DNA of 64,000 nt from Brevundimonas sp. (GTDB lineage: Bacteria; Pseudomonadota; Alphaproteobacteria; Caulobacterales; Caulobacteraceae), in NCBI RefSeq assembly GCF_019636155.1, contig NZ_JAHBYB010000004.1, forward strand, positions 155,564 through 219,563. Direction: 5' to 3'. The notes beneath the pieces are model-generated. The model searched no databases, had not been told where the DNA came from, and was given only the letters and a program-made list of their open reading frames with translations. Numbering within the stretch: position 1 is the first letter of the stretch; each line of letters opens with the position of its first letter. Positions 57,430-64,000 of this stretch are shown in pieces. A program made the translations under genes and the position numbers.

Positions 57430-58239
57430 TCAAAGGTCTGCCGCCGGACGCGGAGCGGTCGGTGCTGGCGTCCCTCCCTCGACTAGGGGCCTCCCGCCAA
57501 GGCGAAGGGCGATGCTGGAGAGATCGGTGTCGGGATCGACGGTCACGCCCGCGGTCTTACGTTCGGAGTAGCGGTCCACCAGAGCGGCGGCGTGCGGACG
57601 CGTCAGGATGGTGAACCGAACCAGCTCCTCCATCACGTCCACGATCCGGTCGTAATAGCTGGACGGCTTCATCCGACCCGCCTCGTCGAACTCCTGGAAG
57701 GCCTTGGCGACACTGGACTGGTTGGGGATGGTGATCATCCGCATCCAGCGACCCAGCAGGCGTAGAGTGTTCACCGCGTTGAAGCTCTGCGAGCCGCCCG
57801 ACACCTGCATCACCGCCAGAGTGCGGCCTTGGGTCGGGCGAACGCCACCGACGCTCAGCGGCAGGTGGTCGATCTGCAGTTTCATTAAGCCCGATACCTG
57901 CCCGTGGCGTTCGGGGCTGCACCACACCATCCCTTCGGACCAGAAGGCGTGCTGACGCAGCTCCTTGACCGCCGGGTGATCATCGTCCCCCGGTGAACCC
58001 GGTAGCGGCAGGTCGGAGGGGTCGAAGATGCGGGTCTCGCAGCCCATGAAGCGCAGCAACCGCGCCGCCTCCTCCACGCAGTGTCGGGAGTAGGACCGCT
58101 GACGCAGGGAACCGTAGAGCAGCAGGATGCGGGGCGGCTGGTCGTTCGGACCCAGCCCTCGCGCCGGACTGGACGACAGGTATGCGCGATCCAGCGCCGG
58201 CAGGTGGTCGGCATCCGGCAGTTCGCGAAGGCGCGTCAT
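57430..58239 (-). CDS. arsH: Arsenical resistance NADPH-dependent oxidoreductase
   Basis: [38 protein letters not shown]. Confidence 0.92.
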   Translation of the reverse strand: MTRLRELPDADHLPALDRAYLSSSPARGLGPNDQPPRILLLYGSLRQRSYSRHCVEEAARLLRFMGCETRIFDPSDLPLPGSPGDDDHPAVKELRQHAFWSEGMVWCSPERHGQVSGLMKLQIDHLPLSVGGVRPTQGRTLAVMQVSGGSQSFNAVNTLRLLGRWMRMITIPNQSSVAKAFQEFDEAGRMKPSSYYDRIVDVMEELVRFTILTRPHAAALVDRYSERKTAGVTVDPDTDLSSIALRLGGRPLVEGGTPAPTAPRPAADL

Positions 58240-59327
58240 CAGCAGGCGTCCTTCTTCGGCGCTGTGGCCGAAAACCAGCGCCGCCCCATCCACAGCGCGA
58301 CCGACACCAGCAGGATCAGCACCGGCACCTCGACCAGCGGGCCGATCACCGCCGCGAAGGCGACCGGAGAGGCGAGGCCGAAGGCTGCGATGGCCACGGC
58401 GATCGCCAGTTCAAAGTTGTTGGAAGCGGCGGTGAAGGCTAGCGCCGTGGTTCGCGGATAGTCGGCTTCGATGAGCCTGCCCATGACGAAGCTGACCACG
58501 AACATCACGAGGAAGTAGATCGTCAGCGGAACAGCGATGCGGAGGGCATCAAACGGCAGGGCGATGACATCCCCGCCTTTCAGGCTGAACATGGCGACGA
58601 TGGTGAACAGCAGGGCGATCAGGGTGATCGGCCCCACGCGGGGTAGGAAGCGGCGTTCATACCAGTCCGCGCCCTTGCGGGCGATCAGCGTCCGGCGGGT
58701 CAGAAAGCCGCCGACAAACGGCAGGCCGAGGTAGATCAGGACGGCGCCGGCGATGGTCCAGAAGCTGACATCGACGACGCTGCCCTCCAATCCCAGCAGC
58801 GGCGGCAGGAACGACAGGAAGAACCACGCATAGGCGCTGAAGAAGACGATCTGGAAGACCGAGTTGAAGGCCACGAGCCCGGCGACATACTGGCTGTCGC
58901 CGCGCGCCAGCTGGTTCCAGACCAGCACCATGGCGATACAGCGCGCCAGGCCGATCAGGATCACCCCGGTCATGTATTCCGGCTGATCGCGTAGGAAGAT
59001 CACCGCCAGGGCGAACATCAGCACCGGCCCCAGAACCCAGTTCTGGAACAGCGACAAAGCCAGCACCTGTTTGTCGGCGAAGACCCGAGGCAATTCTTCG
59101 TACTTCACCTTCGCCAGCGGCGGATACATCATCAGGACCAACCCGATGGCGATAGGGATGTTGGTCGTCCCCATCGACAGACTGTCGAGCCAAGCCGGCA
59201 AGCCCGGAACGACCGTGGCCATCAAAACGCCCAGCGCCATCGCCGCGAAAATCCACAGCGTCAGCCACCGGTCCAGGAATGACAACCGGCGGGGCGCGGC
59301 GTCGTAGCGGACGGGCGTATCGACCAT
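58239..59327 (-). CDS. acr3: Acr3 arsenite efflux transporter
   Basis: [45 protein letters not shown]. Confidence 0.95.
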   Translation of the reverse strand: MVDTPVRYDAAPRRLSFLDRWLTLWIFAAMALGVLMATVVPGLPAWLDSLSMGTTNIPIAIGLVLMMYPPLAKVKYEELPRVFADKQVLALSLFQNWVLGPVLMFALAVIFLRDQPEYMTGVILIGLARCIAMVLVWNQLARGDSQYVAGLVAFNSVFQIVFFSAYAWFFLSFLPPLLGLEGSVVDVSFWTIAGAVLIYLGLPFVGGFLTRRTLIARKGADWYERRFLPRVGPITLIALLFTIVAMFSLKGGDVIALPFDALRIAVPLTIYFLVMFVVSFVMGRLIEADYPRTTALAFTAASNNFELAIAVAIAAFGLASPVAFAAVIGPLVEVPVLILLVSVALWMGRRWFSATAPKKDAC

Positions 59328-59749
59328 CAGCGGACCCTCCGCCCGGCCTCATCAATGACGACCTCGCCGTCCTCCTTGACGAAGGGCTTCAGACCTTCGT
59401 CCGGCAGCAGGTCCAGCACCGCCTCCGACGGACGGCACAGCCGAACCCCGCGCGGCGACACCACGAGGGGCCGGTTCAACAGGATCGGATGCGCCTCGAC
59501 GGCGTCCAGAAGCTGGTCATCAGTCAGGTCGGGGTGGTCCAGGCCGAGTTCAGCGTAGGGCGTCCCCTTCTCCCGCAACAAGGCCCGCAACGGTTGGCCG
59601 GTGCGCGCCGCCAGCCCGGCCACCATGGCCCGCGACGGCGGCGTCTTCAGATACTCGATGACGTGCGGCTCGACGCCGACGTGACGGATCAGCGCGAGCG
59701 TGTTGCGCGAGGTCCCGCAAGCGGGGTTGTGATAGATGACGACGTCCAT
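59327..59749 (-). CDS. arsC: Glutaredoxin-dependent arsenate reductase
   Basis: [20 protein letters not shown]. Confidence 0.95.
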   Translation of the reverse strand: MDVVIYHNPACGTSRNTLALIRHVGVEPHVIEYLKTPPSRAMVAGLAARTGQPLRALLREKGTPYAELGLDHPDLTDDQLLDAVEAHPILLNRPLVVSPRGVRLCRPSEAVLDLLPDEGLKPFVKEDGEVVIDEAGRRVR

Positions 59750-59757
59750 GGCGAGCT

Positions 59758-60093
59758 TCAGGGGCAACAGGGAAGGAGTTCGGCCAGGAGCGGCTCGCAC
59801 TGTTCGGCCTGGCCGCCGCAGCAGTCGGCGACAAGATAGAGGACAAGCCCCCGCAAGCGCTCGATGTTGGGTGCGAAGTAGATTTCGCGACCCTTGCGTT
59901 CGGACGAGACAAGGCCCGCGTCCGTCAGAATTCTGAGGTGAGACGACATGGTGCTGGGGGGTTGTCCGAACTCCAGCGAGATGTCTCCCGCCTTCAGCCC
60001 CTCCGGGGCGTGCCTGATCAGCAGCCGGAGAACCTCGAGGCGGCGCGGATGGCCGAGCGCGGAGAAGCAATCGGTGGCGAGCTTTGCATCCAT
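59758..60093 (-). CDS. arsR: ArsR family regulator
   Basis: ALGHP.RL, STMSSHL..L..AGLV, ADCC and C-terminal CC. Confidence 0.92.
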   Translation of the reverse strand: MDAKLATDCFSALGHPRRLEVLRLLIRHAPEGLKAGDISLEFGQPPSTMSSHLRILTDAGLVSSERKGREIYFAPNIERLRGLVLYLVADCCGGQAEQCEPLLAELLPCCP

Positions 60094-60095
60094 AT

Positions 60096-60119
60096 TTCGA
60101 TAATACGCGTTTTATCGAA
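60096..60119. promoter_or_regulatory. ArsR operator
   Basis: TTCGATAA-N8-TTATCGAA perfect inverted repeat 2 bp from the arsR ATG. Confidence 0.75.
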
Positions 60120-60200
60120 CTTTAAAAGGGCGCGGAGGCCTGTCGGACGCTGACGTCAGTCCCCGCTTCGGCGAAGCGCAGGCGAAGGACCGATTCACAG

Positions 60201-61211
60201 CTAGCGCTCGCGTATTTGGTCGCGGCGACGGTCTGCTCCCCCCCGGACCCCCGCTAGCGCCCGGGCGAGGATCTCGCGTTGCGTCAGGATGGGCGGCAGG
60301 GTGCGGATGAACCGCTCCAGATCCTGCCCAAGCCGACGGTCGCCATCCGCCTTCGACGCCTGAAGCCGCAAAGCCTCGACCACCAGCCTGCGCCGTATGG
60401 CCGACTGCCGTTGACGCAGGCGCGCCTCCCAGACCGGTTCGGAGGACGGTGGCCGGGCCGCCGACTCCAGCGCCCCAGCCAATGTCTTCGGCAGTGGGCC
60501 GTCACCGCGTTCGAACCGTTCGCGCAGCTTGCGCACCGGCGTGCGTTCGGCCTTGCGCACCACGCCCCGCGCACGACGCGGCGTCGCCTCGGCCTCGACG
60601 CCGCGATCCCGAAGGGCGGCGGCGAAGGTCTCCCGCCAGAGCTGCAGGTCGGCCTTGCGGGGATTGAGCCGCTCGCCGTCTCGCCCGAGGGCGCGAACGG
60701 TGAGGTGAACATGCGGGTGCCGGTCATCGGTATGCAGGGCGAACACATAGGGGTGCCGGTCTGCGAACAAATTGGCGGCGAAGGCGCGAGCCGCATCATG
60801 GACCCGTCCTTCATCAGTGCCCGCCGGCATGCTCAGAACGATCGACAGGGACACTGGCGCGTCCCGTCGCTGCGGCGCCACCAAGAGCTCGTCACGCCAG
60901 TCTTCGGCCAACGTCCGGACCTCCGCGCGACCGCTCAGACTCTCGCCGTCGGGCCCCTCAAGGAACAGTTTCCCGTTGCGCGTGATGTAGTCCAGATGGC
61001 GCTGCAGGTGGCCTCCGTCCCGGGTCCTGCCGGTGATCTTGACCATCACCTCGGGCGCTCGCCGCACCATACGCTGGAGCCGGGCTCTGGCCGCGCGGGC
61101 CTCTCCGGCCGCGCCGGCGCCAAGAACCGCCTGGGTGAGCCGCGCCCGTCTCGTGCGGACGGGCGGACGCAGGGCCTCCTCGAAACCGGATGGGATGCGG
61201 AAGTCGTTCAC
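60201..61211 (-). CDS. MOB_P (VirD2-like) relaxase
   Basis: EVMVKITG, DYITR, SIVLSMP, HTDDRHPHVHL; GTG start overlaps mobC stop. Confidence 0.88.
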   Translation of the reverse strand: MNDFRIPSGFEEALRPPVRTRRARLTQAVLGAGAAGEARAARARLQRMVRRAPEVMVKITGRTRDGGHLQRHLDYITRNGKLFLEGPDGESLSGRAEVRTLAEDWRDELLVAPQRRDAPVSLSIVLSMPAGTDEGRVHDAARAFAANLFADRHPYVFALHTDDRHPHVHLTVRALGRDGERLNPRKADLQLWRETFAAALRDRGVEAEATPRRARGVVRKAERTPVRKLRERFERGDGPLPKTLAGALESAARPPSSEPVWEARLRQRQSAIRRRLVVEALRLQASKADGDRRLGQDLERFIRTLPPILTQREILARALAGVRGGADRRRDQIRER

Positions 61212-61729
61212 GCGTCGACCGACCAATAGGCGAGATTGCCCTGGAAGGCGTCGCGCACCCCGACCAGATGCGCGCGGATCTCCTCGGAAAAGGCGGCCAG
61301 CTGGGCCACCTCCAGGTCCAGCACCGCGCCCTCCATCACCGCCGTGTTCAGGGCTCGGGCGATCTGGTTGACGTTGACCCCGATACGCCGGAGCTCGCGC
61401 TGCACCTCGATCAGCGCCACGGCGTCACGACGGCTCAGCTGCGGCCGATGATGCAGCCGCGCCCGGATCAGGGCGACCGTCCACTGGGTCCGCGTCATGC
61501 CCGCGCGCGCCGCCTCCGCCTCCAGGACAGTCAGGTCGGCGGGCGTCAGGCGAAGTCCGAGCTTGCCGCTCAGCCGCGCCGACGATGTCTCCACGGCCTC
61601 GGGCAAGGCCGCCTGTGCGGCCTCCTCCATCAGACGTCGCAGCAGCCGCGACCGCCCGCCCCGAGACGCCGCGGCGGCGTCGAACCGGCGGATGAGATGG
61701 GACGGGACGCGAAGGGTAAGGCGGTCCAT
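61208..61729 (-). CDS. mobC: Relaxosome accessory protein
   Basis: RHH-like N-terminus; ELRRIGVNVNQIARALN MobC signature. Confidence 0.88.
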   Translation of the reverse strand: MDRLTLRVPSHLIRRFDAAAASRGGRSRLLRRLMEEAAQAALPEAVETSSARLSGKLGLRLTPADLTVLEAEAARAGMTRTQWTVALIRARLHHRPQLSRRDAVALIEVQRELRRIGVNVNQIARALNTAVMEGAVLDLEVAQLAAFSEEIRAHLVGVRDAFQGNLAYWSVDA

Positions 61730-61737
61730 GGGGTGTC

Positions 61738-61780
61738 GGTCTGTCAGACATTGCCGGCGCAAAGCCTATCCTGCCCTAGA
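61738..61780 (+). other. oriT with RP4-type nic site (CCTATCCTG^CCC, nick predicted between 61773 and 61774)
   Basis: Matches IncP nic core; short inverted repeats GTCTG-T-CAGAC and TTGC-CGGC-GCAA on its 5' side; adjacent to mobC. Confidence 0.75.
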
Positions 61781-61985
61781 CCGTCACCCCCTTCGCCCCG
61801 TAGGCCTACGGGTCTGCCCGCCCTCCCCTCGGCGGCCGGTTCCGGCCGCTCGCCCGCCGCCCTGAGGGCGCCCCATCCAGGGCGGGGCTCGGGAATCCTC
61901 GCCCAAACTTCCGCAGAGGTACGCCATGCGGACGACCCACCGGTGTGGCGCGTTCCCGCCCCACCTCGGGCGCCAGACTGCCGCT

Positions 61986-62011
61986 GAATCAGCGCAACGG
62001 GAATCAGCGCA
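61986..62011 (+). repeat. Tandem GAATCAGCGCA x2 (iteron-like)
   Basis: Copies at 61986-61996 and 62001-62011, upstream of the wHTH gene. Confidence 0.5.
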
Positions 62012-62133
62012 TCACGGGAACGAGCGTAATCAGGTCTAGTCGGGTAGGTCCTGAAGAGACCATACCCTGCCGCAGCGGGATCCTTGTTCGGGGACGGCGA
62101 GACCCATAGGTTCGCTGCGAAGGAGTTCACGCA

Positions 62134-62622
62134 ATGACCGCACCTACCTCATCCACGGTGCTCGCCTTTCCGCCCAAGGCCGGCACGAAAACCGCCTCGT
62201 CCCAGGAGAAAATCTGGGGCAAGGCGGTGGTCGCCAACGGCTACGCCGGCATTCCGTCGATCCTGATCCAAGCCCAGTCCCGGCTGGGGCTGACCGCCAT
62301 GCAGTTCAACATCCTCGTTCAGCTGCTCGACTACTACCGCGACCCCCATCGCGCGCCCTTCCCGTCCCGCGCGGAGCTCGGCCGTCGGATCGGCGTGAAG
62401 CCCAAGACGATCCAGACCAACATGCGCCAGCTCGAACAGGCCGGTCTGGTGCGCCGGGAAATGCGCAAGACCGCGGCGGGGGATTGGGCGTCCAACATCT
62501 ATCACCTCGACGGCCTGGTCGAACGGGTGAAGAAACTCGAGCCGGAGTTCACCGAAGCGCGCAAGGAACGGGAGGCCGCGCGTGCGCGCGTGTCCACCCC
62601 GGTGGGTCGCCGACGGTCGTAA
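62134..62622 (+). CDS. Winged-HTH protein (HTH_36-like; possible replication or regulatory protein)
   Basis: FPSRAELGRRIG....TIQ..MRQLEQAGLV and SNIYHL. Confidence 0.7.
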   Translation: MTAPTSSTVLAFPPKAGTKTASSQEKIWGKAVVANGYAGIPSILIQAQSRLGLTAMQFNILVQLLDYYRDPHRAPFPSRAELGRRIGVKPKTIQTNMRQLEQAGLVRREMRKTAAGDWASNIYHLDGLVERVKKLEPEFTEARKEREAARARVSTPVGRRRS

Positions 62623-62644
62623 TCGCTGGGGCTAAAATTGATTT

Positions 62645-62684
62645 ACCCCGGGGGCATGCTTTGCAGCAGAGGCGATCCCGGGGT
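62645..62684 (+). ncRNA. Structured leader / candidate abiF-like RNA antitoxin
   Basis: ACCCCGGG/CCCGGGGT stem with inner TGCT/AGCA hairpin, downstream of GCTAAAAT and upstream of the Abi-like gene. Confidence 0.4.
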
Positions 62685-62705
62685 GTACGCTGGTAGAGAT
62701 AATCC

Positions 62706-63389
62706 ATGACCCACCCTGATGCAAGGGCGGTCGCCGACGCCGACGGGGTGGAGGCGGCGCTCTCCCTCGAACGGTTCGCGCGCTATGTGGCCTGGGCCGG
62801 GGGCGATCGCCACCGCGCCGTCGAACTCTATACGCTAAACACCCGGGTGTCCGAGGCCCTCTATGTGCCGCTCCAGGCTCTGGAGGTGGCGCTGAGAAAC
62901 CGCATTCACGCGGTGATGACCGAAGCCTCCGGCCCGGGCTGGTTCCAGCCCGAGGCCGGTCACGTCACCGACCGTCAAGCTGAACAGGTGCGTGCGGCGA
63001 TCGCCGAACTGACGGAAGCGGGCAAGCCGATCGAGGATGGCCGCGTCGTCGCCGCCCTGACCTTCAGCTTCTGGACCTCGATGTTCGGGCGCGAGCAGGA
63101 CGATCTGTGGAAGCGCACCCTGCACCGGATCGCGACCCGCGATGGCAAATTCCTGTCGCGCAAGGCGTTCGCCACCCCGTTGACCCAGGTGCGTCTCCTG
63201 CGGAACCGCATCGCCCACCACGAGCCCATTCTCTACTGGGATCTTCCCAAGCATCATCGGGCGATCGCGGACATGACGCGTTGGCTGTCCCCGGCGATGG
63301 ATGACTGGCGCGCGACGCTCGACCGGTTCGATCAGGTTCATCCGCCGGAGCGAATGCGCCTGGCGCGCCTCCGGGACGACGAGGCCTGA
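62706..63389 (+). CDS. Abi-like (Abi_2/AbiF-related) HEPN protein
   Basis: LS.ER..RY, EVALRN, ALTFSFW and RNRIAHHEP (RxxxxH). Confidence 0.8.
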   Translation: MTHPDARAVADADGVEAALSLERFARYVAWAGGDRHRAVELYTLNTRVSEALYVPLQALEVALRNRIHAVMTEASGPGWFQPEAGHVTDRQAEQVRAAIAELTEAGKPIEDGRVVAALTFSFWTSMFGREQDDLWKRTLHRIATRDGKFLSRKAFATPLTQVRLLRNRIAHHEPILYWDLPKHHRAIADMTRWLSPAMDDWRATLDRFDQVHPPERMRLARLRDDEA

Positions 63390-63444
63390 GCGGACCGCTC
63401 TTCGCCATCCCCGGGCCGGCGTCGCCGCCGGCCCGAGGCTCGCT

Positions 63445-64000
63445 TCACTGCAAGGACCGCAGATAGTCGACGGCCTTCTGCGCGTGCGCGGCCGCCGAGA
63501 CGATGAAGCGGGTGTCGTTCTTCAGCACCTGCAGCCAGCTGGCGATATAGGCCGCGTGGTCCTCGCGGGGTTCGAGCGCCAGACCAAGATCCGCACAGAG
63601 GAAGGCGGCGCCGATCTCGGCGACCAGCTCTTCGCGGGCATAGCCGGGATCGCCGAAGCGCTGGCGACCGAAGTCCCGGTCGAGGCGGGTGGGATGGCGC
63701 GTCCAGTGCGTCATCTCGTGGCCGAGGGTGCTGTAATAGGCGTCGGCGTTCTCGAAGCATTCGAACGGCGGCATCTGCACATGGTCCGGCCCCGGCGCGT
63801 AATAGGCGCAGCCGCCGCCGTGGCGGATCTCCGCCCCGCAGTTGCTGAAGAAGGCGTCGATGCGGGCGATCCGCTCGTCCGGATTGATCTCGATCGTCTC
63901 CGGCTCGCCGTAGCGTTCGGGCAGGCCATCGATCTGGTCGACGTTGAAGACGGTGTAGGCCTTCAGGAACGGGATGCGCTGCTCCACGCTCGCCCCCGTG
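63445..64000 (-). CDS. ardC: Antirestriction protein ArdC, C-terminal part (start outside window)
   Basis: IPFLKAYTVFN, GHEMTHWT (HExxH), YAREELVAEIGAAFLC, HAAYIASWL. Confidence 0.9.
   Translation of the reverse strand, partial: TGASVEQRIPFLKAYTVFNVDQIDGLPERYGEPETIEINPDERIARIDAFFSNCGAEIRHGGGCAYYAPGPDHVQMPPFECFENADAYYSTLGHEMTHWTRHPTRLDRDFGRQRFGDPGYAREELVAEIGAAFLCADLGLALEPREDHAAYIASWLQVLKNDTRFIVSAAAHAQKAVDYLRSLQ

Larger units (their letters stand above)
10125..64000. mobile_element. Integrative conjugative element (VirB/D4 T4SS, MOB_P relaxase) at tRNA-Leu; continues beyond the window
   Basis: att fragment at left edge, then only accessory cargo and a complete conjugation backbone; no integrase inside the window. 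Confidence 0.8.

Noticed and set aside
62062-62073. ATACCCTGCCGC as a second nic site
   Set aside because: Lacks the ATCCTG core and is farther from mobC than 61765-61776.
10125-64000. Insertion sequences, transposases or an integrase inside the cargo
   Set aside because: No DDE, HUH-transposase or recombinase motifs and no terminal inverted repeats were seen.

Overview
High-GC alphaproteobacterial DNA; gene content suggests Caulobacteraceae, probably Brevundimonas (inference). 1-10,069 is core chromosome: PTP-type phosphatase end, cysQ-like, pmbA, MAPEG, M14 peptidase, ubiD, exbD, folE, cysS. At 10,070-10,124 lies the 3' half of tRNA-Leu(TAA) on the minus strand, broken in the anticodon arm and followed by arm-like repeats. 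I read it as the att junction of an integrative conjugative element (ICE) that fills the rest of the window; its integrase and intact tRNA are predicted beyond 64 kb. Cargo: czcCBA-type efflux with two short CDF proteins; a large copper cluster in which I find three promoter classes (CueR, a CnrH-like ECF sigma, EcfG/sigmaT); an isopeptidase-type lasso peptide cluster (FecI/FecR/TonB transducer, isopeptidase, cyclase, B protein, GntR, and two precursor genes the ORF track does not call as such); and an ars operon. Backbone: complete virB1-11/virD4, MOB_P relaxase, MobC, an RP4-like nic site, a wHTH gene, an Abi-like HEPN gene preceded by a structured RNA-like leader, and ardC. Top candidate for an undescribed system: the exporter-less lasso peptide sensing and degrading module sits directly against the conjugation regulators and has a shared palindromic operator at both flanks, suggesting peptide-signal control of ICE transfer (hypothesis). 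All motifs were read by eye; no database searches were run.
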